This document shows positions 1-14,000 of a stretch of DNA of 20,689 nucleotides, piece after piece; positions within the stretch are counted from its first letter, which is position 1; every line of letters starts with the position of its first letter. The stretch lies in assembly GCA_964016885.1 (NCBI GenBank), contig CAXHJY010001132.1, forward strand, positions 1 to 20,689, in the 5' to 3' direction. The notes under the pieces were generated by a model that ran no database searches, was not told the DNA's origin, and saw only the letters and a program-made list of their open reading frames with translations. The stretch is from Eledone cirrhosa. Lineage: Eukaryota. The position numbers and the translations under genes are program-made.

Positions 1-2109
1 CTAGCCAACACTTATCGTCTGCTGTTTCTATCCACCTAGCCAACACTTATCGTCTGCTGTTTCTATCCACTCAGCCAACACTTATCGTCTGCTGGTTCTA
101 TCCACCTAGCCAACACTTATCGTCTGCTGTTTCTATCCACCTAGCCAACACATATCGTCTGCTGTTTCTATCCACCTAGCCAACACTTATCGTCTGCTGT
201 TTCTATCCACTCAGCCAACACTTATCGTCTGCTGTTTCTATCCACCTAGCCAACACATTTCGTCTGCTGTTTCTATCCACGTAGCCAACACTTATCGTCT
301 GCTGTTTCTATCCATTCAGCCAACACTTATCGTCTGCTGTTTCTATCCACCTAGGCAACACTTATCGTCTGCTGTTTCTATCCACCTAGCCAACACCTAT
401 CGTCTGGTGTATCTATCCACCTAGCCAACACTTATCGTCTACTGTTTCTATCCACCTAGCCGACACTTATCCTCTGCTGTTTCTATCCACCTAGCCAACA
501 CTTATCGTCTGCTGTTTATATCCATTCAGCCAAAACTTATCGTCTGCTGTTTCTATCCACCTAGCCAACACTTATCGTCTGCTGTTTCTATCCGCCTTGC
601 CAACACTTATCGTCTGCTGTTTCTATCCACCTAGCCAACACTTATCGTCTGCTGTTACTATCCACCTAGCCAACACTTATCGTCTGCTGTTTCGATCCAC
701 CTAGCCATCACTTATCGTCTGCTCTTTCTATACACCTAGCCAACTCTTATCAACTGCTGTTTCTATCCACCTAGCCAACACTTATCGTCTGCTGTTTCTA
801 TCCACCTAGCCAACACTTATCGTCTGCTGTTTATATCCACATAGCCATCACTTATCATCTGCTGTTTCTATCCATCTAGTCAACACTTATCGTCTGCTGT
901 TTCGATCCACCTAGCCAACACTTATCGTCTGCTGTTTCTATCCACCTAGCCAACACTTATAGTCTGCTGTTTCTATCCACTCAGCTAACATTTATCGTCT
1001 GCTGTTTCTATCCACCTAGCCAACACTTATCATCTGCAGTTTCTATCCACTCAGCTAACACTTATCGTCTGCTGCTTCTATCCACCTAGCCAACACTTAT
1101 CGTCTGCTGTTTCTATCCACCTAGCCAACACTTATCGTCTGCTGTTTCTATCCACCTAGCCAACACATATCGTCTGCTGTTTCTATCCACCTAGCCAACA
1201 CTTATCGTCTGATGTTTCTATCCAACTAGCCAACACTTATCGTCTGCTGTTTCTATCCACCTAGCCAACACTTATCGTCTGCTGTTTCTATCCGCCGAGC
1301 CAACACTTATCGTCTGTTGTTTCTATCCACCTAGCCAACACTTACCGTCTGCTGTTTCTATCCACCTAGCCAACACTTATCGTCTGCTGTTTTAATCCGC
1401 CTTGCCAACACTTATCGTCTGCTGTTTCTATCCACCTAGCCAACACTTATCGTCTGCTGTTTCTATCCACCTAGCCAACACTTGTCGTCTGATGTTTCTA
1501 TCCACCTATCCAACACTTATCGTCTGCTGTATCTATCCACCTAGCCAACACTTATCGTCTGCTGTTTCTATCCACCTAGCCAACACTTATCGTCTGCTGT
1601 TTCTATCCACCTAGACAACACTTATCGTCTGCTGTTTCTATCCACTCAGCCAACACTTATCGTCTGCTGTTTCTATCCACCTAGCCAACACTTATCGTCT
1701 GCTGATTCTATCCACATAGCCAACACTTATCGTCTGCTGTTTCTATCCACCTAGCCAACACTTATCGTCTGCTGTTTCTATCCACTCAGCCAACACTTAT
1801 CGTCTGCTGTTTCTATCCACCTAGCCAACACTTACCGTCTGCTGTTTCTATCCACTCAGCCAACACTTATCGTCTGCTGTTTTAATCCACCTAGCCAACA
1901 CCTATTGTCTGCTGTATCTATCCACCTAGCCAACACTTATCGTCTGCTGTTTCTATCCACCTAGCCAACAGTTATCGTCTGCTGTTTCTCTCCACCTAGC
2001 CAACACTTATCGTCTGCTGTTTCTATCCACCTAGCCAACACTTGTCGTCTGCTGTTTCTATCCACTTATCCAACACTTATCCTCTGCTGTATCTATCCAC
2101 CTAGCCACC

Positions 2110-4479
2110 ACTTATCGTCTGCTGTTTCTATCCACCTAGCCAACACTTATCGTCTGCTGTTTCTATCCACCTAGCCAACACTTACCGTCTGCTGTTTCTA
2201 TCCACCTAGCCAACACTTATCGTCTGCTGTTTCTAACCGCCTTGCCAACACTTATCGTCTGCTGTTTCTATCCACCTATCCAACACTTATCAACTGCTGT
2301 ATCTATCCACCTAGCCAACACTTATCGTCTGATGTTTCTATCCACCTATCCAACACTTATCGTCTGATGTTTCTATCCACCTAGCCAACACTTATCGTCT
2401 GCTGTTTCTATCCACTCAGCCAACACTTATCGTCTGCTGTTTGTATCCACCTAGCCAACACTTATCGTCTGCTGTTTCTATCCACTCAGCCAACACTTAT
2501 CGTCTGCTGTTTCTATCCACCTAGCCAACACTTACCGTCTGCTGTTTCTATCCACTCAGCCAACACTTATCGTCTGCTGTTTCAATCCACCTAGCCAACA
2601 CTTATCGTCTGATGTTTCTATCCATTCAGACAACACTTATCGTCTGCTGTTTCTATCCACCTAGCCAACACTTATCGTCTGCTGTTTCTATCCACCTAGC
2701 CAACACTTATCGTCTGCTGTTTCTATCCACCTAGCCAACACTTATCGTCTGCTGTTTCTATCCACCTAGCCAACACTTATCTTCTGATGTTTCTATCCAT
2801 TCAGCCAACATTTATCGTCTGCTGTTTCTATCCACCTAGCCAACACTTATCTTCTGCTGTTTCTATCCACCTAGCCAACACTTATCGTCTGATGATTCTA
2901 TCCACCTAGCCAACACTTATCGTCTGCTGATTCTATCCACCTAGCCAACACTTATCGTCTGCTGTTTCTATCCGCCTTGCCAACACTTTTCGTCTGCTAT
3001 TTCTATCCACCTAGCCAACACTTATCGTCTTTCTGTTTCTATCCACTCAGCCAACACTTATCGTCTGCTGTCTCTATCCACCTAGCCAACACTTACCGCC
3101 TGCTGTTTCTATCCACTCAGCCAACACTTATCGTCTGCTGTTTCAATCCACCTAGGCAACACTTATCGTCTGAGGTTTCTATCCATTCAGCCAACACTTA
3201 TCGTCTGCTGTTTCTATCCACTCAGCCAACACTTATCGTCTGCTGTTTCTCTCCGCCTTGCCAACACTTATCGTCTGCTGTTTCTATCCACCTAGCCAAC
3301 ACTTATCGTCTGCTGTTTCTATCCACCTAGCCAACACTTATCCTCTGCTGTTTCTATCCACCTAGCCAACACTTATCGTCTGATGTTTCTATCCACCTAG
3401 CCAAATCTTATCGTCTGCTGTTTCTCTCCATTCAGCCAACACTTATCGTCTGCTGTTTCTATCCACCTAGCCAACACCTATCGTCTGCTGTTTCTATCCA
3501 CCTAGCCAACACTTATCAACTGCTGTTTCTATCCACCTAGCCAACACTTATCGTCTGCTTTTTCTATCCTCCGAGCCGACACTTATCGTCTACTGTTTCT
3601 ATCCACCTATCCAACACTTTTCGTCTGCTGTATCTATCCACCTAGCCAACACTTATCGTCTGCTGTTTCTATCCACCTAGCCAACACTTATCGTCTGCTG
3701 TTTCTATCCACCTAGCCAACACTTATCGTATGCTGTTTCTATCCACTCAGCCAACACTTATCGTGTGCTGTTTCTATCCACCTAGCCAACACTTATCGTC
3801 TGCTGTTTCTATCCACGTAGCCAACACTTATCGTCTGCTGTTTCTATTCACCTAACCTACACTTATAGTCTGCTGTTTCAATCCACCTAGCCAACACTTA
3901 TCGTCTGATGTTTCTATCCATTCAGCCAACACTTATCGTCTGCTGTATCTATCCACCTAGCCAACACTTATCGTCTGCTGTTTCTATCCACCTAGCCAAC
4001 ACTTATCGTCTGCTGTTTCTTTCCACTCAGACAACACTTATCGTCTGCTGCTTCTATCCACCTAGCCAACACTTATCAACTGCTGTTTCCATCCACCTAG
4101 CCAACACTTATCGTCTGCTTTTTCTATCCACCTAGCCGACACTTATCGTCTGCTGTTTCTATCCACCTAGCAAACACTTATCGTCTGCTGTTTCTCTCCA
4201 CCTAGCCAACACTTATCGTCTGCTGTTTCTATCCACCTAGACAACACTTATCGTCTGCTGTTTCTATCCACCTAGCCAACACATATCGTCTGCTGTTTCT
4301 ATCTGACTTGCCAACACTTATCGTCTGCTGTTTCTATCCACCTAGCCAACACTTATCGTCTGCTGTTCCTATCCACCTAGCCAACACTTATCGTCTGCTG
4401 TTTCTATCCACCTAGCCAACACTAATCGTCTGCTGTTTCTATCCACCTAGCCAACACTTATCGTCTGCTGTTTCTATCC
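2110..4479. repeat. Older, diverged duplicate of ~5820-8329 (and hence of ~11175-13684)
   Basis: Variants are shared in order at offsets 3710 (106 units: ttctaaccgccttg 2231/5941, +1 insertion 3031/6741), 3640 (104 units: cctaacctac 3851/7491) and 3850 (110 units: atctgacttg 4301/8151, tgctgttcct 4361/8211). Several point differences separate the copies. Confidence 0.9.
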
Positions 4480-5425
4480 ACCTAGCCAACACCTATCGTC
4501 TGGTGTATCTATCCACCTAGCCAACACTTATCGTCTGCTGTTTCTATCCACCTAGCCAACACTAATCGTCTGCTGTTTCTATCCACCTAGCCAACACTTA
4601 TCGTCTGCTGTTTCTATCCACCTAGCCAACACTTATCGTCTGCTGTTTCTTTCCACTCAGACAACACTTATCGTCTGCTGCTTCTATCCACCTAGCCAAC
4701 ACTTATCAACTGCTGTTTCTATCCACCTAGCCAACACTTATCATCAGCTTTTTCTATCCACCTAGCCGACACTTATCGTCTGATGTTTCTATCCACCTAG
4801 CCAACACATATCGTCTGCTGTTTCTATCTGACTTGCCAACACTTGTCGTCTTCTGTTTCTATCCACCTAGCCAACACTTACCGTCTGCTGTTTCTATCCA
4901 CTCAGCCAACACTTATCGTCTGCTGTTTCAATCCACCTAGCCAACACTTATCGTCTGATGTTTCTATCCATTCAGCCAACACTTATCGTCTGCTGTTTCT
5001 ATCCACCTAGCCAACACTTATCGTCTGCTGTTTCTATCCACCTAGGCAACACTTATCGTCTGCTGTTTCTATCCACCTAGCCAACACCTATCGTCTGGTG
5101 TATCTATCCACCTAGCCAACACTTATCGTCTGCTGTTTCTATCCACCTAGCCAACACTAATCGTCTGCTGTTTCTATCCACCTAGCCAACACTTATCCTC
5201 TGCTGTTTCTATCCACCTAGCCAACACTTATCGTCTGCTGTTTCTTTCCACTCAGACAACACTTATCGTCTGCTGCTTCTATCCACCTAGCCAACACTTA
5301 TCAACTGCTGTTTCTATCCACCTAGCCAACACTTATCATCAGCTTTTTCTATCCACCTAGCCAACACTTATCGTCTGATGTTTCTATCCACCTAGCCAAC
5401 ACATATCGTCTGCTGTTTCTATCCG
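4480..5425. repeat. Local 595-bp-offset (17-monomer) duplication
   Basis: acctatcgtctggtgtatct 4491/5086, actaatc 4561/5156, ttccactcagac 4651/5246 and catcagcttttt ~4742/5337 all recur at +595. Confidence 0.85.
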
Positions 5426-5709
5426 CCTTGCCAACACTTATCGTCTGCTGTTTCTATCCACCTAGCCAACACTTATCGTCTGCTGTTTCTATCCACCTAG
5501 CCAACACTTATCGTCTGCTGTTTCTATCCACCTAGCCAACACTTATCGTCTGCTCTTTCTATCCACCTAGCCAACACTTATCGTCTGCTCTTTCTATCCA
5601 CCTAGCCAACACTTATCGTCTGCTCTTTCTATCCACCTAGCCAACACTTATCGTCTGCTGATTCTATCCACCTAGCCAACACTTATCGTCTGCTGTTTCT
5701 ATCCACCTA

Positions 5710-8700
5710 GCCAACACTTATCGTCTGCTGTTTCTATCCACCTAGCCAACACTTATCGTCTGCTGTTTCTAACCACCATCCAACACTTATCGTCTGCTGT
5801 TTCTATCCACCTAGCCAGCACTTATCGTCTGCTGTTTCTATCCACCTAGCCAACACTTATCGTCTGCTGTTTCTATCCACCTAGCCAACACTTACCGTCT
5901 GCTGTTTCTATCCACCTAGCCAACACTTATCGTCTGATGTTTCTAACCGCCTTGCCAACACTTATCGTCTGCTGTTTCTATCCACCTATCCAACACTTAT
6001 CAACTGCTGTATCTATCCACCTAGCCAACACTTATCGTCTGCTGTTTCTATCCACCTATCCAACACTTATCGTCTGATGTTTCTATCCACCTAGCCAACA
6101 CTTATCGTCTGCTGTTTCTATCCACTCAGCCAACACTTATCGTCTGCTGTTTGTTTCCACCTAGCCAACACTTATCGTCTGCTGTTTCTATCCACTCAGC
6201 CAACACTTATCGTCTGCTGTTTCTATCCACCTAGCCAACACTTACCGTCTGCTGTTTCTATCCACTCAGCCAACACTTATCGTCTGCTGTTTCAATCCAC
6301 CTAGCCAACACTTATCGTCTGATGTTTCTATCCATTCAGACAACACTTATCGTCTGCTGTTTCTATCCACCTAGCCAACACTTATCGTCTGCTGTTTCTA
6401 TCAACCTAGCCAACACTTATCGTCTGCTGTTTCTATCCACCTAGCCAACACTTATCGTCTGCTGTTTCTATCCACCTAGCCAACACTTATCTTCTGATGT
6501 TTCTATCCATTCAGCCAACATTTATCGTCTGCTGTTTCTATCCACCTAGCCAACACTTATCTTCTGCTGTTTCTATCCACCTAGCCAACACTTATCGTCT
6601 GATGATTCTATCCACCTAGCCAACACTTATCGTCTGCTGATTCTATCCACCTAGCCAACACTTATCGTCTGCTGTTTCTATCCGCCTTGCCAACACTTTT
6701 CGTCTGCTATTTCTATCCACCTAGCCAACACTTATCGTCTTTCTGTTTCTATCCACTCAGCCAACACTTATCGTCTGCTGTTTCAATCCACCTAGGCAAC
6801 ACTTATCGTCTGAGGTTTCTATCCATTCAGCCAACACTTATCGTCTGCTGTTTCTATCCACTCAGCCAACACTTATCGTCTGCTGTTTCTCTCCGCCTTG
6901 CCAACACTTATCGTCTGCTGTTTCTATCCACCTAGCCAACACTTATCGTCTGCTGTTTCTATCCACCTAGCCAACACTTATCCTCTGCTGTTTCTATCCA
7001 CCTAGCCAACACTTATCGTCTGCTGTTTCTATCCACCTAGCCAAATCTTATCGTCTGCTGTTTCTCTCCATTCAGCCAACACTTATCGTCTGCTGTTTCT
7101 ATCCACCTAGCCAACACCTATCGTCTGCTGTTTCTATCCACCTAGCCAACACTTATCAACTGCTGTTTCTATCCACCTAGCCAACATTTATCGTCTGCTT
7201 TTTCTATCCTCCTAGCCGACACTTATCGTCTACTGTTTCTATCCACCTATCCAACACTTTTCGTCAGCTGTATCTATCCACCTAGCCAACACTTATCGTC
7301 TGCTGTTTCTATCCACCTAGCCAACACTTATCGTCTGCTGTTTCTATCCACCTAGCCAACACTTATCGTATGCTGTTTCTATCCACTCAGCCAACACTTA
7401 TCGTGTGCTGTTTCTATCCACCTAGCCAACACTTATCGTCTGCTGTTTCTATCCACGAAGCCAACACTTATCGTCTGCTGTTTCTATCCACCTAACCTAC
7501 ACTTATAGTCTGCTGTTTCAATCCACCTAGCCAACACTTATCGTCTGATGTTTCTATCCATTCAGCCAACACTTATCGTCTGCTGTATCTATCCACCTAG
7601 CCAACACTTATCGTCTGCTGTTTCTATCCACCTAGCCAACACTTATCGTCTGCTGTTTCTCTCCATTCAGCCAACACTTATCGTTTGCTGTTTATATCCA
7701 CCTAGCCAACACTTATCGTCTGCTGTTTCTATCCACCTAGCCAACACCTATCGTCTGCTGTTTCTATCCACCTAGCCAACACGTATCGTCTGCTGTTTCT
7801 ATCCACCTAGCCAACACTTATCGTCTGTTGTTTCTATCCACCTAGCCAACACTTATCGTCTGCTGTTTCTTTCCACTCAGACAACACTTATCGTCTGCTG
7901 CTTCTATCCACCTAGCCAACACTTATCAACTGCTGTTTCCATCCACCTAGCCAACACTTATCGTCTGCTTTTTCTATCCACCTAGCCGACACTTATCGTC
8001 TGCTGTTTCTATCCACCTAGCAAACACTTATCGTCTGCTGTTTCTCTCCACCTAGCCAACACTTATCGTCTGCTGTTTCTATCCACCTAGACAACACTTA
8101 TCGTCTGCTGTTTCTATCCACCTAGCCAACACATATCGTCTGCTGTTTCTATCTGACTTGCCAACACTTATCGTCTGCTGTTTCTATCCACCTAGCCAAC
8201 ACTTATCGTCTGCTGTTCCTATCCACCTAGCCAACACTTATCGTCTGCTGTTTCTATCCACCTAGCCAACACTAATCGTCTGCTGTTTCTATCCACCTAG
8301 CCAACACTTATCGTCTGCTGTTTCTATCCGCCTTGCCAGCACTTATCGTCTGCTATTTCTATCCACCTAGCTAACACTTATCGTCTACTATTTCTATCCA
8401 CCTAGCCAACACTTATCATCTGCTGTATCTATCCACATAGCCAACGCTTATCGTCTGCTGTTTCTATCCACGTAGCCAACACTTATCGTCTGATGTTTCT
8501 ATCCACCTAGCCAACACTTATCGTGTGCTGTTTCTATCCACCTAGCCAACACTTATCGTCTGCTGTTTCTATCCACCTAGCCAACACTTATCGTCTGCTG
8601 TTTCTATCCACCTAGCCAACACTTATCGTCTGCTGTTTTTATCCACCTAGCCAACACTTATCTTCTGCTGTTTCTATCCACCTAGCCAACACTTATCGTC

Positions 8701-11064
8701 TGATGTTTCTATCCATTCAGACAACACTTATCGTCTGCTGTTTCTATCCACCTAGCCAACACTAATCGTCTGCTGTTTCTATCCACCTAGCCAACACTTA
8801 TCGTCTGCTCTTTCTATCCACTCAGCCAAGACTTATCGTCTGCTGTTTCTGTCCATTCAGCCAACACTTATCGTCTGCTGTTTCTATCCACTCAGCCAAC
8901 ACTTATCGTCTGCTGTTTCTATCCACCTAGCCAACACTTACCGTCTGCTGTTTCTATCCACCTAGCCAACACTTATCGTCTGCTGTTTCTCTCCATTCAG
9001 CCAACACTTATCGTCTACTGTTTCTATCCACCTTGCCAACACTTATCGTCTGCTGTTTCTATCCATCTAGCCAACACCTATCGTCTGCTGTTTCTATCCA
9101 TTCAGCCAACAATTATCGTCTGCTGTTTCTATCCACCTAGCCAACACTTATCAACTGCTGTTTCTATCCACCTAGCCAACACTTATCATCAGCTTTTTCT
9201 ACCCACCTAGCCGGCACTTATCGTCTGATGTTTCTATCCACCTAGCCAACACTTATCGTCTGCTGTTTCTCTCCACCTAGCCAACACTTATCGTCTGCTG
9301 TTTCTATCCACCTAGACAACACTTATCGTCTGCTGTTTCTATCCACCTAGCCAACACTTACCGTCTGCTGTTTCTATCCACCTAGCCAACACTTATCTTC
9401 TGCTATTTCTATCCAGCTAGCCAACACTTATCGTCTACTGTTTCTATCCACCTAGCCAACACTTATCGTCTGCTGTTTCTCTCCACCTAGCCAACACTTA
9501 TCGTCTGCTGTTTCTTTCCACTCAGACAACACTTATCGTCTGCTGCTTCTATCCACCTAGCCAACACTTATCAACTGCTGTTTCTATCCAACTAGCCAAC
9601 ACTTATCATCAGCTTTTTCTATCCACCTAGCCGACACTTATCGTCTGATGTTTCTATCCACCTAGCCAACACTTATCGTCTGCTGTTTCTCTCCACCTAG
9701 CCAACACTTATCGTCTGCTGTTTCTATCCACCTAGACAACACTTATCGTCTGCTGTTTCTATCCACCTAGCCAACACTTACCGTCTGCTTTTTCTATCCA
9801 CCTAGCCAACACTTATCGTCTGCTGTTTCTATCCGCCTTGCCAACACTTATCGTCTGCTGTTTCTATCCACCTAGCCAACACTTATCGTCTGCTGTTTCT
9901 ATCCTCCTTGCCAACACTTATCGTCTGCTATTTCTATCCACCTAGCCAACACTTATCGTCTACTGTTTCTATCCACCTAGCCAACACTTGTCGTCTGCTG
10001 TTTCTATCCACCTATCCAACACTTATCATCTGCTGTATCTAACCACATAGCCAACACTTATCGTCTGCTGTTTCTATCCACCTAGCCAACACTTATCGTC
10101 TGATGTTTCTATCCAGCTAGCCAACACTTATCGTCTGCTGTTTCTATCCACTCAGCCAACACTTATCGTCTGCTGTTTCTATCCACCTAGCCAACACTTA
10201 TCGTCTGCTGTTTCTATCCACGTAGCCAACACTTATCGTCTGCTGTTTCTATCCACCTAGCCAACACTTATCGTCTGCTGTTTCTATCCACTCAGCCAAC
10301 ACTTATCGTCTGCTGTTTCTATCCACCTAGCCAACACTTATCGTATGCTGTTTCTCTCCATTCAGCCAACACTTATCGTCTGCTGTTTCTATCCACCTAG
10401 CCAACACTTATCGTCTGCTGTTTCTATCCACCTAGCCAACACTTATCGTCTGCTGTTTCAATCCACCTAGCCAACACATATCGTCTGCTGTTTCTATCCA
10501 CCTAGCCAACACTTATCGTCGGCTGTTTCTATCCACCTAGCCAACACTTATCGTCTGCTGTTTCTATCCACCTAGCCAACACTTATCGTCTGCTGTTTCT
10601 ATCCACCTAGCCAACACTTATCGTCTGCTGGTTCTTTCCACTCAGACAACACTTATCGTCTGCTGCTTCTATCCACCTAGCCAAAACTTATCAACAGCTG
10701 TTTCTATCCACCTAGCCAACACTTATCGTCTGCTTTTTCTATCCACCTAGCCGACACTTATCGTCTGCTGTTTATATCCACCTAGCCAACACTTATCGTC
10801 TGCTGTTTCTCTCCACCTAGCCAGCACTTATCGTCTGCTGTTTCTATCCACCTAGACAACACTTATCGTCTGCTGTTTCTATCCACCTAGCCAACACATA
10901 TCGTCTGCTGTTTCTATCTGACTTGCCAACACTTATCGTCTGCTGTTTCTATCCACCTAGCCAACACTTATCGTCTGCTGTTTCTATCCGCCTTGCCAAC
11001 ACTTATCGTCTGCTGTTTCTATCCGCCTAGCCAACACTTATCGTCTGCTGTTTCTATCCACCTG
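5710..11064. repeat. Copy A of a 5,355-bp (153-monomer) near-identical tandem duplication / higher-order unit
   Basis: Rare variants recur at exactly +5355: aaccaccatc 5771/11126, +1 insertion 6741/12096, acgaag ~7455/12810, atctgacttg 8151/13506, ccggcac 9211/14566, cctgg G 11064/16419. The ORF track repeats at the same offset (6687/12042, 7548/12903). The breakpoint is ambiguous within ~60 bp of consensus sequence. Confidence 0.95.
9150..9800. repeat. Local 420-bp-offset (12-monomer) duplication, also present in copy B at ~14505-15155
   Basis: tcaactg 9151/9571, acttatcatcagcttttt 9181/9601, ctccacctag 9271/9691, cctagacaac 9311/9731 and ccgtct 9361/9781 all recur at +420. Confidence 0.85.
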
Positions 11065-14000
11065 GCCAACACTTATCGTCTGCTGTTTCTATCCACCTAG
11101 CCAACACTTATCGTCTGCTGTTTCTAACCACCATCCAACACTTATCGTCTGCTGTTTCTATCCACCTAGCCAGCACTTATCGTCTGCTGTTTCTATCCAC
11201 CTAGCCAACACTTATCGTCTGCTGTTTCTATCCACCTAGCCAACACTTACCGTCTGCTGTTTCTATCCACCTAGCCAACACTTATCGTCTGATGTTTCTA
11301 ACCGCCTTGCCAACACTTATCGTCTGCTGTTTCTATCCACCTATCCAACACTTATCAACTGCTGTATCTATCCACCTAGCCAACACTTATCGTCTGCTGT
11401 TTCTATCCACCTATCCAACACTTATCGTCTGATGTTTCTATCCACCTAGCCAACACTTATCGTCTGCTGTTTCTATCCACTCAGCCAACACTTATCGTCT
11501 GCTGTTTGTTTCCACCTAGCCAACACTTATCGTCTGCTGTTTCTATCCACTCAGCCAACACTTATCGTCTGCTGTTTCTATCCACCTAGCCAACACTTAC
11601 CGTCTGCTGTTTCTATCCACTCAGCCAACACTTATCGTCTGCTGTTTCAATCCACCTAGCCAACACTTATCGTCTGATGTTTCTATCCATTCAGACAACA
11701 CTTATCGTCTGCTGTTTCTATCCACCTAGCCAACACTTATCGTCTGCTGTTTCTATCAACCTAGCCAACACTTATCGTCTGCTGTTTCTATCCACCTAGC
11801 CAACACTTATCGTCTGCTGTTTCTATCCACCTAGCCAACACTTATCTTCTGATGTTTCTATCCATTCAGCCAACATTTATCGTCTGCTGTTTCTATCCAC
11901 CTAGCCAACACTTATCTTCTGCTGTTTCTATCCACCTAGCCAACACTTATCGTCTGATGATTCTATCCACCTAGCCAACACTTATCGTCTGCTGATTCTA
12001 TCCACCTAGCCAACACTTATCGTCTGCTGTTTCTATCCGCCTTGCCAACACTTTTCGTCTGCTATTTCTATCCACCTAGCCAACACTTATCGTCTTTCTG
12101 TTTCTATCCACTCAGCCAACACTTATCGTCTGCTGTTTCAATCCACCTAGGCAACACTTATCGTCTGAGGTTTCTATCCATTCAGCCAACACTTATCGTC
12201 TGCTGTTTCTATCCACTCAGCCAACACTTATCGTCTGCTGTTTCTCTCCGCCTTGCCAACACTTATCGTCTGCTGTTTCTATCCACCTAGCCAACACTTA
12301 TCGTCTGCTGTTTCTATCCACCTAGCCAACACTTATCCTCTGCTGTTTCTATCCACCTAGCCAACACTTATCGTCTGCTGTTTCTATCCACCTAGCCAAA
12401 TCTTATCGTCTGCTGTTTCTCTCCATTCAGCCAACACTTATCGTCTGCTGTTTCTATCCACCTAGCCAACACCTATCGTCTGCTGTTTCTATCCACCTAG
12501 CCAACACTTATCAACTGCTGTTTCTATCCACCTAGCCAACATTTATCGTCTGCTTTTTCTATCCTCCTAGCCGACACTTATCGTCTACTGTTTCTATCCA
12601 CCTATCCAACACTTTTCGTCTGCTGTATCTATCCACCTAGCCAACACTTATCGTCTGCTGTTTCTATCCACCTAGCCAACACTTATCGTCTGCTGTTTCT
12701 ATCCACCTAGCCAACACTTATCGTATGCTGTTTCTATCCACTCAGCCAACACTTATCGTGTGCTGTTTCTATCCACCTAGCCAACACTTATCGTCTGCTG
12801 TTTCTATCCACGAAGCCAACACTTATCGTCTGCTGTTTCTATCCACCTAACCTACACTTATAGTCTGCTGTTTCAATCCACCTAGCCAACACTTATCGTC
12901 TGATGTTTCTATCCATTCAGCCAACACTTATCGTCTGCTGTATCTATCCACCTAGCCAACACTTATCGTCTGCTGTTTCTATCCACCTAGCCAACACTTA
13001 TCGTCTGCTGTTTCTCTCCATTCAGCCAACACTTATCGTTTGCTGTTTATATCCACCTAGCCAACACTTATCGTCTGCTGTTTCTATCCACCTAGCCAAC
13101 ACCTATCGTCTGCTGTTTCTATCCACCTAGCCAACACGTATCGTCTGCTGTTTCTATCCACCTAGCCAACACTTATCGTCTGTTGTTTCTATCCACCTAG
13201 CCAACACTTATCGTCTGCTGTTTCTTTCCACTCAGACAACACTTATCGTCTGCTGCTTCTATCCACCTAGCCAACACTTATCAACTGCTGTTTCCATCCA
13301 CCTAGCCAACACTTATCGTCTGCTTTTTCTATCCACCTAGCCGACACTTATCGTCTGCTGTTTCTATCCACCTAGCAAACACTTATCGTCTGCTGTTTCT
13401 CTCCACCTAGCCAACACTTATCGTCTGCTGTTTCTATCCACCTAGACAACACTTATCGTCTGCTGTTTCTATCCACCTAGCCAACACATATCGTCTGCTG
13501 TTTCTATCTGACTTGCCAACACTTATCGTCTGCTGTTTCTATCCACCTAGCCAACACTTATCGTCTGCTGTTCCTATCCACCTAGCCAACACTTATCGTC
13601 TGCTGTTTCTATCCACCTAGCCAACACTAATCGTCTGCTGTTTCTATCCACCTAGCCAACACTTATCGTCTGCTGTTTCTATCCGCCTTGCCAGCACTTA
13701 TCGTCTGCTATTTCTATCCACCTAGCTAACACTTATCGTCTACTATTTCTATCCACCTAGCCAACACTTATCATCTGCTGTATCTATCCACATAGCCAAC
13801 GCTTATCGTCTGCTGTTTCTATCCACGTAGCCAACACTTATCGTCTGATGTTTCTATCCACCTAGCCAACACTTATCGTGTGCTGTTTCTATCCACCTAG
13901 CCAACACTTATCGTCTGCTGTTTCTATCCACCTAGCCAACACTTATCGTCTGCTGTTTCTATCCACCTAGCCAACACTTATCGTCTGCTGTTTTTATCCA

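Noticed and set aside
31-42. CTCF-like motif (CCACCTAG)
   Set aside because: The resemblance is only partial. The following bases are CCA instead of the TGG expected in the core, so there is no support.
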